Origin: Ylistrum balloti
Lineage: Eukaryota
DNA length: 64,000 nucleotides
Reading direction: 5' to 3'
Assembly: GCF_031769215.1 (NCBI RefSeq)
Contig: NW_026782479.1
Span: 434,001-498,000, forward strand
In this document: one piece after another, positions 12,389-24,700 of the stretch
Position numbering within the stretch: position 1 is the stretch's first letter
How the letters are laid out: every line of letters begins with the position of its first letter
The notes under the pieces: model-generated
Told to the model about the DNA's origin: nothing
What the model saw: only the letters and a program-made list of their open reading frames with translations
Database searches by the model: none
Made by a program: the position numbers and the translations under genes

Positions 12389-13062
12389 CTATTAACAGCA
12401 ATTTACATTAATACTAATTAATAAACATGAGAGAAACAATGTATATACAATTAACATCAGGAGTATAACTGGTCACTTTGAACTACCTAAATTTTGGCAC
12501 TTCAAAATTTCTGTGCTCAGTATAATTAACATTTCAACAACCCGGTTCATTTGTTTCACTATGTATTGTACGCAGTGAACCTGGGGTCCATTGCCCCATC
12601 TCTTGCGTTTTCCTTGTGGTGATTTATACAGGGCCTAATTCAAAATATAATTTGGGTACTATTCGAAATGTCCCGTATCATTTCAAACGAATTCTAATCA
12701 TTTCGGTACTTGCGAAATGGTTTGCACAGCTAGAGTGTCAAAACCTTTAAAACCTAATTAAACACAAAAATATAAACGTTTTTAAAAGTACCGAAACGAA
12801 TTATTTTGGAAATATCGAAACAACCTGATACCAACACGACTTGCCCCCTTTCAAACAAAGCATTCAGTCTTTACATGGAATTTAAGACAAACTTTCTCAC
12901 TAGATGAACAAAATGTTGGTTCCTTTCTGATAATCATGACGCATATATTTAATGAACGATGTACTGCTGACACACGATACATTCCGCTACATCAGACGGA
13001 AACATGACACAAACATTCGTTATATAATATCTTGTTTGTCCATCTCAACGAGCGATCCTTAC

Positions 13063-13125
13063 CTCCTCATCGAATCCATTTAACCTATCGTTCCCTTTGA
13101 AAAAGGGAAGATAGAATGGCTGCAT
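13063..13125 (-). CDS. CNPPD1: CNPPD1 exon 1 (coding part)
   Basis: ATG at 13125; MQPFYLPFFKGNDRLNGFDEE; donor GTAAGG in phase 0, as exon 2 requires. Weak sequence conservation. Confidence 0.7.
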
Positions 13126-13339
13126 ATTAACAGCTCTAGATGAGCTAAATAAACGTCAATATGTGTTTGTTTCCTTATGCTGTGTCTCGATTATTGCGCG
13201 GCAACTCCCCAACTTCCTGTCTTTCCACAAATCTCGCGAGACTTAGGTGTGGTAAAGTGTTCTAAACAAAATGGCGAGCATTCATTGGTAGTGAAATGGA
13301 GTGACAGCACTATACTTTGTATGCACACTGTATATAACA
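13126..13339. promoter_or_regulatory. Putative bidirectional promoter shared by CNPPD1 and DIP2
   Basis: 214 bp between divergent ATGs. ETS core ACTTCCTGT (13212-13220), palindrome TCTCGCGAGA (13232-13241), YY1-like CAAAATGGCG (13267-13276). CpGs look locally retained by eye. Confidence 0.8.
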
Positions 13340-13424
13340 ATGGCAGATATTAACGTGGATATATCGCTGCTGCCAGAGGAGGTTAGACGGAAGCTTGCTG
13401 AGCTTAATTTGGAATTATCGGAGG
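13340..13424 (+). CDS. DIP2: DIP2 exon 1 (coding part)
   Basis: MADINVDISLLPEEVRRKLAELNLELSE(G); 85 nt, donor GTAAGA, phase 1. Confidence 0.95.
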
Positions 13425-14332
13425 GTAAGAACGAAATATCAGCTTCCTAATTTTCATGTTTTTCGGCTGATTTACAGCAGACCATTTCATTCCGAATTGT
13501 GTTTCCAGCTTCCGCTTCTGTGTAACAACAAAAGGAATTGCTTCACCCTTTGCATGGAACCAAACTGTTTAAAGCCGTTGGACTTAAATTTAATTATAGC
13601 TAATGTAGAAAAGAAAATATTTTATTAGAAATAGTACTTTTGTTCTCTGAAAACAACACCGACATAAATTAATTTTCATTTTCGTCTCAGCTTCAGCAGT
13701 AGAATATTAGGCTAATATTGTCGCGGCTCACTACTGTCGTCTATCGACACCGTGCCTAGGTTGGACGAATATTGTATTCAATTTCATTCTTCATTTTAAG
13801 TACTCCGCAGAAAGTAATGGGGTATTGGGATTTAAAACTTGGAGATAAATTATTTACCCTTGTCAACAATGACTCATGGCTTAAATCTGTGACACTGCTA
13901 ATAATGTTTTTGTATTGGCAAACTGAATGCAGTACGCCTTTTTATCTTAAAACCGTCTCCAATTTTTCATGGCTGTGCTTTTATACTTTCAGTTTTTTTG
14001 TTATTTGCCCATCAGATATTAAAGATATATGAATTAATATAACTGCAATATGGTGAAGTGCAGTATGTTTTTGTTTTGCAGTTTGCTACCAGTTGTCACT
14101 TCCTAGTTTTATCAATATTACTTACTTATTTATTCATCTCCTAATTTTACAAGTTAACTTACTGCGTATTATTATATTCATATTATGTTTGTAATATTTT
14201 GATGATTTAAATGAAGAAAAAGAAGCAAATGAGTTATATAAGTTCATCTCGACATGATCTTCAGGTAGGGGATTTTTGTAGATATAAATACAGTGTGATT
14301 GAACTAATCTAATGATTTAAACACTTGTAATT

Positions 14333-14449
14333 GTTACTTTTGTAGTAGAAGATAGGTCAGACACATTACTAGCTACAGCCTGTCAGAATATGTTACTATT
14401 GTAGTAGAAGAGAGGTCAGACACATTACTAGCCACAGCTTGTCAGTATA
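14333..14449. repeat. 59-bp tandem duplication
   Basis: gttactNttgtagtagaagaNaggtcagacacattactagcNacagcNtgtcagNatat twice. Confidence 0.85.
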
Positions 14450-17400
14450 TTTCTTTGAACAAGTGAAAGAGTGTTTGGCTAGGGATGCTAGTTTAAAATG
14501 AAGTAGGGACAGTATATTTTACATCAATCCTAATGACTACTACCCTATTATACCTTTTATGTAATTTAGCACACATCAAGGCTTTGTTAGAGGTAACTGA
14601 AAAAAATTTTGAGTTCTGTTAACATAGTCCAGTACCAGACCATGTTTTATTCTATTATACCTTTAATAACTGCCAATTTTGCACTGGAGTTTGTAATTTG
14701 ACAGAAAAAAATATAACTGGTACTGAATTAGGATTATAATGCTATATGTGGAGTTATGGTCCTTTGTCAAACAAATAGAAGCTGTTTATAGTATCCATCT
14801 TATGACATTAAAACATTGTTTCTAAACTGTTCTTTGTGAAAAAACTTCAAAGTTTTTATTACCAGGTATTGTTTATCTTTTCAAAAAAAAAAAGAAGAAA
14901 GAAAGAAAAGAAAAATCCTATAATAAATGAGTTTAAAAGTTTTAATTCGTTAAAACATAAATGTATCCAGATATTGGATAAATTCATGTTAGCCTATAGA
15001 AAATTATTCATGATTGATGTAGAACAATATGTTTAATCTTTTAACATCTTAACATCATATCTGGTACCACAGATAAAATATGTACATACATGACCTAATT
15101 AGGTCACAAAATATACAACAGAAAACACTTTGTAAAAAATATCATCTTATGCCACATGTTAATAAAATTGTTGTAACAGAATTTACCTGTAAAATAGATA
15201 AAACAATAGTTATTTTCAGTGCTCAGCAATACAAAGAAAAGGGAAGCTTACGATTAGGATTATAGGGTCTAATTAATTGGTCCCCCCCCTCTCCCCTTCC
15301 TTGTAAATATATTGAATGCACAGTATTTCATGTACCTGTATGAGGTCATCCTCACATGTAAGCCTGCCCATACAGGCCTAGTCTATATCACTGTGACCCT
15401 GTGAAGTACTATGTGTCAGCATTGTGGTGTTGACTTCGTGATCTATGTTGGTGAAATCATCCATGTCCTAGGTAACTGGTTCACCGGTCTTTAGTACATG
15501 GTCCCCATGGGTTGTATTACTACTGTTGCCAGACAAGAGACCAAGTGTAAGGCTGTAGTACATACACTGCCTCAACTTGCATGTATTCTAGTTGGTTTTC
15601 ATGGATCCAGAATTAGATGCCAGTGTTAACCAAATTTTCCTGCAATATAATCAAGGGTAGATAGATATATCTGAATGAATTATCTGTAAATTAGTGACAA
15701 GTTCATTTTGTGTTTACCTATACCAAGCACTGTTGTTATGTAGTTGATGGTCTTTATGTTTGATTGTCATTTGGCCTGACTCAGTGACACTTGACATGAT
15801 GAATACTGTCCTTCATTGTACATGTCTTGTTGTGTTTAAAATGTCTGAGCTTATTCTTTGTACATGTATTCCTCTTTGTCAGGATTTTTAAAAATAAAAA
15901 CAGATGCACTAACCAGACAAGTATTTTATTTCAATTACAGGAAAACTCTTTTTATGATCGAGATAAATGTTTATGATCTGTTAGGGAAGGACAAAATGAT
16001 AAGTATGGATTTAAATGTGATCAAACTTCAGGAAATGTTTTGTAGGTGAAGCAAACTTTCAATATAGGAAGTGTTCTAATAGGTATAAGTGACCTCTACC
16101 TCTCAGCCTCTTCTAGTAAACTTGGACTAATATGTGTAACCTCCTTCCTGTCACGTCAATCACTTGGTTCACAATGACAATTAAAATTTGAATGCAGTTT
16201 ATGTAGTGTGTATTCAACACTGATACATTTGACATTTAAAGATAGATTAAACTTAAACAAACTGTTACTTAACTGTTCAGTTCTACATAATTGTCCAGTT
16301 TTAACACAACTGTATTACTGTATAGCTATAGCACTGTAGAGCAAGGGAAAATGACTTCAATACAATTTAGACAACCGGTAATAAACTTTACTAGTAAGAA
16401 AAGTTTTATGTATTTTTCTTTTATTTCTCAAAAAATCTTTCAACATGAATATGACAAGGAGAATATGCCTAACTTTTGAAGTATAACTGATCGGTAGAAA
16501 TATATTTGAAAGTTTTTAAAGTGAATGGTGTTTTGTGATAGAAATCTTTAACAACACCTGTGAATAGCTGTATTATCTTTGGCAGCTTCTGTTCAAGCAA
16601 GGGGATTCCTGTATTTTGTTTTAGCACTTCTTGCTGGAGTCTTGAATTTTTTTTACAGAGACTACTACATATCCATTGTTTCATCACATGCCTGATATTC
16701 TATATGATAATGTAATAGTTATTTGAATAAGAATGACATGAATATCAAATTTTTTGTTTTAATGTTTAGGGAATGGGTTTTAAATATTATGGGGAAATTT
16801 CAGAGTTTTGGTGAAAGTGGATTGGATTAAAAGATATTTTTCACATACAATTATACATGTAATATGTATGAAGCTTATTCTGAAGATTTTGATGGGATTT
16901 CAGCAAAACTCCAGTAAAAATTCCTTCGTCTCACCCCAGTCAGTGTTCATGCTTAGATATTTTTATAATTCAGAGATTTCAAAATTTTGGATCCATTCAT
17001 GATTGAAATTTTGAAAAGAAAGTAAAACAAATGGAGGGAATATACCTCTGAATTGTGATGAATTTATTGATTAGAGACTGCCTGTTATAGTGAGGTGAAG
17101 CTGGTAGTTTTACACCTAAGGGTGGGGATGACTCACTGCTGTGATTACACAGGATACATACACGCTAGAAGGCAGCTCCATATATCTGTTGTTTGTATCA
17201 ATATATATGACTACAGAGTAAATATCTGTGTTTGAACTTCACAGATCTAATTGAAGGAGAAGCTGGACATTCATATCTGGTGTTTTCACATTAGTTTGTG
17301 GCCTGGTCTATGTAGGTTCTGTATTATCAGTTAACAAGGCTAAGTGTTTAGTCTGTTTCGTATGTCAACACATATCCACTGGCCATGGTAAGGCCAACTG

Positions 17401-20400
17401 TACTGAGATCTCCTGGTTTCCTTAAGCTTTGAGCAATGCATTGTATATAAAGATAATTTATTTTAAGATTAGACTTTCCAGTTTTAATTATGTTAGAAAC
17501 AATGAAGTGACGAGTGAAATCCTATTACACCATTCATTTGCCTGATCCTTCTACCAGATTATCATTTTTTCTTGCAAAGACACCGGAAACATAGCAGTAC
17601 CTTTTTTGCCTGTGAGGATGTATTTTTGTTATCATTCCATGTTTTTCTTCTCCTGACTTCCATCTTTCTATGTATTGTAAACATACACCTCCTGTATAAC
17701 CCATACATTTTAACACATGTATTTGTTTGTGTAGGGTCGACAAGGGATCAAACTTGAAACTTATATTATCATCAAAGTACACTTCTCTTCAGCAATGCAG
17801 AGACCTTCAGCTATGATCTAGACAGTTACAAAAATGCTTAACATTTTTTAAGAATTCTTTCAATTATCAGCCTTCAAATTCAATCAGTCTACAGATCCGA
17901 CCATAACAACTTAACTTACTGATCATGAGCACCAGAATGTTTTTTTATTGTTAAATGTGTAACATGAAGCACTTTAAGACTGACTTTTAGAGATTTTATT
18001 GTGGTTATTCGGATAAGAAAAAAAAATATTGTGTAAAGGCTATCTGGCAAATCTGCCCCTTTATCAAGACACCAGTTATTACAAAATTCACAGCACTTAC
18101 ATAGAACATAAAACAAAGACAAAATTATGAGCTATAATCAGGTGTGATAGTGTAAGTTTTCAAGGCTGTCTCTCTATTAAGACAACATCAAACTCATAAC
18201 ATACAACCTGATGCTGTGAAGAGGGTGTAGATAAAGATGACAGTGGCAAAAATATAAATGTTCTGGACCATGTTATATAAGGAATATAATATAATGGATT
18301 AACTTATTGCCAAATGAAGATGTAATGTTGTACTTAATCGGTGTGTATTATGTGATTTTGTTGATAAAAGAAAGCCAGTATTCAGTTCCAGTAGGTCATG
18401 GTGTTCAACAAGTTAGACATTGTGTCTTTTAAGAAATGGCACATTACCTCAAAAATGTCTACTTAATCAACTATTATGAACATAACTAATTGCCATGTAG
18501 TTAATACATCATTTTGTTGGCAAGGATCTGAATTACCAACAATTAAACCTCTGACCTTGTCATGAAGCATTATCATTACACAGTACATGTGATTATGTAA
18601 CATCCTCATAAATTGGTTGATTTAAAGCTCAGCATAAGAATCATTATGTATAACGAGCAAGATGTTGTTACACTATACAGCTGCAGAATGATAGTGTGTG
18701 CTTGTTTATTTTTTATAACTGTAAACATGATCATGTCTGTTAGAGAGCCTGTTAGCTTTGTGTAAGAGCTGCTATAAAGTTATAGATGTCTATAACCTCA
18801 GGCTACCACAAGGGAAGATAAAAGCTGGTTAAAAGGGCTTCCTGTTGTTCCAACAGTAGGGTATATATTTTTTGTGTTTAGTATAGATAGAATACCAGTA
18901 TCTCATTCTATAGTACAAAACAGAAACTATTGAGCTATAAATTCCTACCTCATTGACCAAGCTTATGATGGGAGTTCTATACATCAGGGCTAGAACTCTG
19001 TAGGGATATATATGTGTACCGTATATAACCTAATATAACACTTTTTACTGATAAGTCTTCCTTGTTTTTGATTTGTTCAATAGATTTTCAGGATAAAGGA
19101 GTTCCGGTAATAGGTCTTGTGTGTATTCCATTTGATTGTATCATTTTGAATGTTTACAATCAGTAATTGCTGAGCTAAACAGTTTGTCATGGCAAATCTT
19201 CAATAATATGAAGTACTTGACACAAATTTGTTTCTTCCCCTTTTCAGTGAGTCACCAAATACTTAGATAGGTCATCTGATTTTTAGCTTTTGGGGGCAGG
19301 AGACACATTGCTATGATCCCTAATATAACTAGCTAAACAGCCTGTGCATATACACGGGACACTGCCTTGTTAGCTTAGTATGGTTATACAATTACACAGC
19401 CTTAATACATCTTGTACAAGGTTATGTATATGCTGGTTGGTCTGATTGTCCAACATGTTATGAAACTGAGTTGAATGCTGCTATATCCTTATCATTGAAG
19501 ATTATGAATTATTTCATGTAAGATTTTCAGCCTACCTTCAGCAATATTTTAAAAATGATTTATCACACACATTTGATTTTATAAAAATTAGTGTTGAATG
19601 GTTTTGATGTCCTTTGTCTGGATGATCTTGCCTGAGAAAGCTAACCATGCTTTGACAACTTAGTGTTACAGTGATGTTTCTTGACATGTACATATCTGTT
19701 TACATATTAGGTGGTCAGACATGTCAAGATGGCTGGAGTCTGTCTGACCATTCCCTTGAATAACAAATGACCATAACAAGAAGTGAAACACTTTGGTGAA
19801 GAGAAACACATGTTTATTTACCCATGGGATGATAGGTCAACTTGGACCAGTAATGTAATCTTCCATTCCTAGTAATAGCTAGGGACAGCAAATATTTTAT
19901 AAAGTATAAAATCACAACCAGATGTCCCCAATCTCTTCGTCTTCACTGTGATTATGTTTATTTGTGTAAACTGTATGGGAAAATTCAAAGTTCAGAATAC
20001 CCGTGGAGAGAGAGCATGGAAAATATTTAGCAAAATGTCAGGTTACATCAAATTTGTCCTAGTGTATATAGGATATGGTTTAATTTGTGGCTAGCTTATA
20101 TATATGAACCCTTCCCAAAGAACTTGCTTGCCGGAGGTTGTGTATATAATGTACTTGAGTGTAGATGATTATTTAATAAATCCTAAAACAACTTTAAAGC
20201 AAAAAGATAAATATGAAGTTTTTATAGAATATTATGTCACACCAGAATGATTGCTAGTTTCATTGAGATATATTTTATGTTGTGCGTATTTGCATATTTT
20301 GTAAATAATTTGATATTTGTATTTTTAATGAAAAGCTTGTATTGCCCTTCTGCAGTTCTAATCATGGGAACTTTATACTTAGAATATGGGTTCACCTTGG

Positions 20401-20789
20401 TTAGATGGTGTGTTGGTGAGGGCCTGAATTTTCCCAAACTATCTTGTTCTAGTTCCTAATGAGAGAATATTGGATAAAGATTAAATTCAATTTATTAAAA
20501 TTTAGGAAAGGATTTTTTTTATGAACTTTTGTGAATTTAATGATGCAGATTATTGTAGAATCATATTCATACCCAGAATTTATAGAATACATGTGCGTAA
20601 AAATCTTAAGTTTGAATAAAAAGTTAGTGAATAATAAATCCAACAGAAAAATATTTCATTGTAAGTTTTGGTAAATAGATTATAGGAATTACAGATGTAC
20701 CAGGTACATATCTATTCACTCTATTGTAGTACATAAAATAAACTATTGTTCAAAGTTTTCTCATTTGTGACAATAAAAGAAGTTTCCTG

Positions 20790-21700
20790 TCAATGAAATA
20801 TCATTAAGATTTCAATTGGTTTTATTATATTCACATTTGTCAACGGTTCTGGAGCAAACAGGCTCTGACTGCGTATACTGGCAATGAGTGTCCTGAACAG
20901 GTCAGAAGTGTTAAGAGAGTTTAATCTCCTTTCTGCATCAGCTGCTGTGACCTGATTAGTGACCTGCAGCATCATCATCTGTCTATCAAAACCAGCCTGG
21001 TGCACAGCCGGAGCCAACCTTGGTGGGAAATCACAGGTCTAATGGATGATAGACTGAGATGATAAAGTTGAGCATGATTAATGCTTTATTTATCCAACTC
21101 TTTGAGGTCCAGCAATGACACATAATGTAGGAGCAGATGTCTCAGTAGATTGGCCCAAGTCTATACGAATTTGTAAATCATAAATAAAATTGAGTCTTAT
21201 GTGGATTTGTAGTTTCTCAGGAAGGGGAGATAAGCTATTAGAAAAATGTACTGAGTATGTCTTTATAAAACTCAGAGGGGCTAGTGTGGAGGGAGGGTGC
21301 ATGGTCACTGGTGGAGTGAGTGGAATGAGGTAGTTTCATTGTGATTGGAAGGAAGCTAAAATTGTACCTGTTTCTGAGATAACTTTAAGCTATAGATAAT
21401 CACACTAACTCGGACACACAGTCGTGTGAGTTGGTTTGTACTGATAGACTGTGGTAGGTGTTAGTTCGGGAGTTAAGGGGTGTCAGTTGCTACTAAGATT
21501 GGGTAGGTGCTGTTTCCAGAGTTCAATAATTGAGGTAGTGAATTGGCGTGGCAGTAAGGTAACAACTCTTGGGTAGGAGATTCTACTGAATATCAGTGTG
21601 ACAAATAGGTAATAAATGAGATGCAGCACTCCGGCTGACTGGTCTATCTAGGTATTGACAAGATTTGTTACCCTATTGAGGCAAGTTGTGGTGTGACTTT
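20790..21700 (-). mobile_element. Decayed ORF remnant, S/T/P/Q-rich, possibly retrotransposon gag/ORF1
   Basis: Adjacent minus-strand ORFs 21090..21308 and 20790..21017 with protein-like composition (LQVTNQVTAADAERRL), preceded by stop-interrupted low-complexity sequence. No splice context and no family recognised with certainty. Confidence 0.25.
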
Positions 21701-24700
21701 CAATGAGCTGCTTAAACTACAGCTAGATAGGATGATTAATACTGAAATTTCATTAATTATACCAAATAAATAAGTATGTATACATTTGAAGCTATTTTAA
21801 GCTACTGTGGAAAAGAGTTGGTTGTTGAGTTTAGAAGTAAGATGACATTGCTCATTTAGAATTGTTTTCACAATCTGAAATGTACAAATGTTAATAAGAT
21901 TGGAAAATATTTATCATTCAATAATGCATTTATACAGTAAATGAGAGATAGTCTTTTTAGTGTGACATTTTTGACTGGTAAGGAGGTGAGATCAAGTGAG
22001 GAAAGGGAAATTTATCCTGAGAATTAAGATAATTTCCTAGCATATTATGCATATTTTAAATATTTTCTGTACCTGCAATAAACCTGGTCAGTGTTCAATT
22101 GATATCTGTAAAACAGAGCTGTACTAGTATACAAAATTATAACAAAGGCATTGATTTTATTGTATACATGATTTAAATGTAGTACATCAACATTGTAATT
22201 TTATCTAAAAGGAAAAAAAATGTTTAGGTAACCCTGAGATATATAAAACATGTAGATGGTATAATACTAGACAACAATTAGTTGATGTAGGACAGAGGGA
22301 AAAAACGACTGGCAATTTACAGAGACTGCATGGAAACAATGGCTGTGTTTCCTTTGATGTGGAGCTAAAAATAGCAGTCAGACAGATGAAGCTGGCTCAG
22401 TAGTGTTTCAGCATAGGGTAGCAATAAAATGATGTTTTCTGTTACAGTCAGCTTCGTTCTAAAGATCTCGCGTAGAAACAGATCTGATCAGAGTCCTTTG
22501 GACTCTTTGTCAAATGCAACTTCATCCTAACATTCATCATTGATCATTCCTTAACAGAAATTAGTCACTAGCGTCGCCTTTTTTCACCATAAAAATAACA
22601 TTTTAGGTCGAGGATATTACAGTTTGAGATTGAATATGACACATTTCAACAATTTGTATTATTGGTTTGTGATATTTTCCATGTGTTTCTGTGATGGGTG
22701 TCGGAGAAATGGAACGATGATCCTGTGGGTAGTGTTGTTATTGCGAGTATTGATCTGGTGTAGTGGTGTCCTACTTTAGCCTTCTCTGTTTGATTAGCAC
22801 AGAGACAGCAATAACACTACTGAGCTGTGCATTGTACTGAATGTTCCTGTAAACATTTTTGCTGGCATTCTAGATTTATGAAATTCTGGATCTTAATTAT
22901 CAGTCGTTATAAAATATTGAATAAGACCCTTGTTCTATGTAATATATGAAAGCTGTGGAAATTGCATTGGTGTTGTATGTGTGTCTAGGCTATTGTCTCT
23001 GTTGCAAGTAGGTCACCGTCTGTCTGGGTCTAGATCGGATCCCCTCAAATACAGGAGTTTCAATTTCTGTCAATAATGTTAGAGATTTAATATCAAAACA
23101 GAAATAACACTCAATCGATTTCAAACCAATAACGTTTTACCAAGAATTAGGTCACCATCTGTCTAGGTATGATCGATCAGATGTACAGGAATTTCAATTC
23201 AGTCAATATTAACAAGACACATATCTACACCCTAAACTTTAAAGAAATACATTTGGTCACAAACAAATATTATTTTACAGATGTTTTCTTTGCTGCCTAC
23301 TGTTGTTTACACTCACAGAATAGATTAAATTTATCCAATACAATATTGTTAAATTCAGGTTAGCTCTGTGATTAAATTATGTGGTTGGGCCATTTTTATG
23401 ATAAAACATTAATATTCAGTCTTTGATCAATTCAAACTCACTATACATACAAAGTTAAAAGATAACCAAGACAAGATTCATGTTGCATTCAAATGCTGTA
23501 TATTATATGGATTCCAAAAGTGGTAGACATTTTGTCTGTTTCTTCCTACCACTCGTAGTACACATTGTTATTGAACTCCAGACTGTACAGACAAGTTACA
23601 TTTTTTGTTCAAAGTCTGTTTATATAAATACTGAATGAATTTGTGTCCATTTGAAGCTTGTAATCAGATTCCTATTTATGTGTGTTTATAAATGTTAAAT
23701 TACATAAACAGTATAATTAAACTGGATTTACGGTTTCCTTCTAAATTTTCTCAAGTTTAGCCGTTCTAATGGTTTTGTTGATTATTAAGTTATCAGATTT
23801 CATTATCTCCGTTGATATACATGAAGGAGGTTACTATCGGTAAGCATGAAACATCTTGTATATACTTATCACATGTAATTAGCCTGGGCCAGTCTATAGG
23901 GCTTTTTTATCTCTGGTAGACATTGTAGTGTACCGACCAATATATGAAGTGTTCCTATTGGTGACTTGTATACAACACATGAGTTCATTCAGCCGGTAGT
24001 AAAAGCTGTATAAGTGAACATATTTACTATGTCATGTAACTTTGTCTTTGTAGTGTAATATTAGTACTGTTTATATAGTAAAGAGGAGGCATGTGCAGTA
24101 TATAAATAAAATATCATTCAATTGACATTTGACAATTGAATTATTTTGATTAATTAACATATCCATATTTATTTGGCTGTAAGACCATGTCTGGTAAAAA
24201 AAAACCTACCCATTTATATTGCTTTTTAGTAAAATTGTAAAACAATTTTCACTGAGCTAGCTGTAATAAGCCTACTTCCTAGAATTAAGAAGTTATGTTT
24301 TTGCCTGTGGGATTATAACAGGTTAAATACAGTTGATAAACTCTTGTATTCATCAGTTCGTCTGATGGTAGCTTTTCTTTGGTGTTTCCAAATGCTTTGA
24401 TACTCTCTTTGCATTGATTTATATTACATAAAGATCTTTATCATTCAGATGTATATAAAGACATAAAAAAAGTTTCATGTCATGGACACAGAACAGTGAA
24501 TCAGTCAACCACAAGTATTGCATGAATGTTAATGTAGGGTGCTTATGGCCATACTGTGGTAATCACACAACAGTAAACTCCTGACACTGATAGTCTAGGA
24601 ATTGGAATGAATGTTTATATAGGGGGGCTAATGGTCTAACTACGGTACACACAGCAGCTTAATCAGGTAGCAGTTGTTTGGTTGACCTTTCTGATACCCC

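Larger units (their letters stand above)
7407..13125 (-). other. CNPPD1: CNPPD1 gene span (8 coding exons, 1371-nt CDS, 456 aa)
   Basis: The spliced product contains ACMSPCSIMMSMLYVKRL...[31 protein letters not shown] and RGWFTYTDL, matching CNPPD1 (cyclin Pas1/PHO80 domain). All 7 introns are GT-AG with compatible phases. Confidence 0.93.

Noticed and set aside
12875-12926. Possible extra CNPPD1 exon in intron 1
   Set aside because: 52 nt with an in-frame TAG; exons 1 and 2 already join in phase.
17534-18122. Protein-like minus-strand ORFs as a nested gene in DIP2 intron 1
   Set aside because: No coherent exon chain or recognisable family; possibly another decayed LINE end, but too weak to call.
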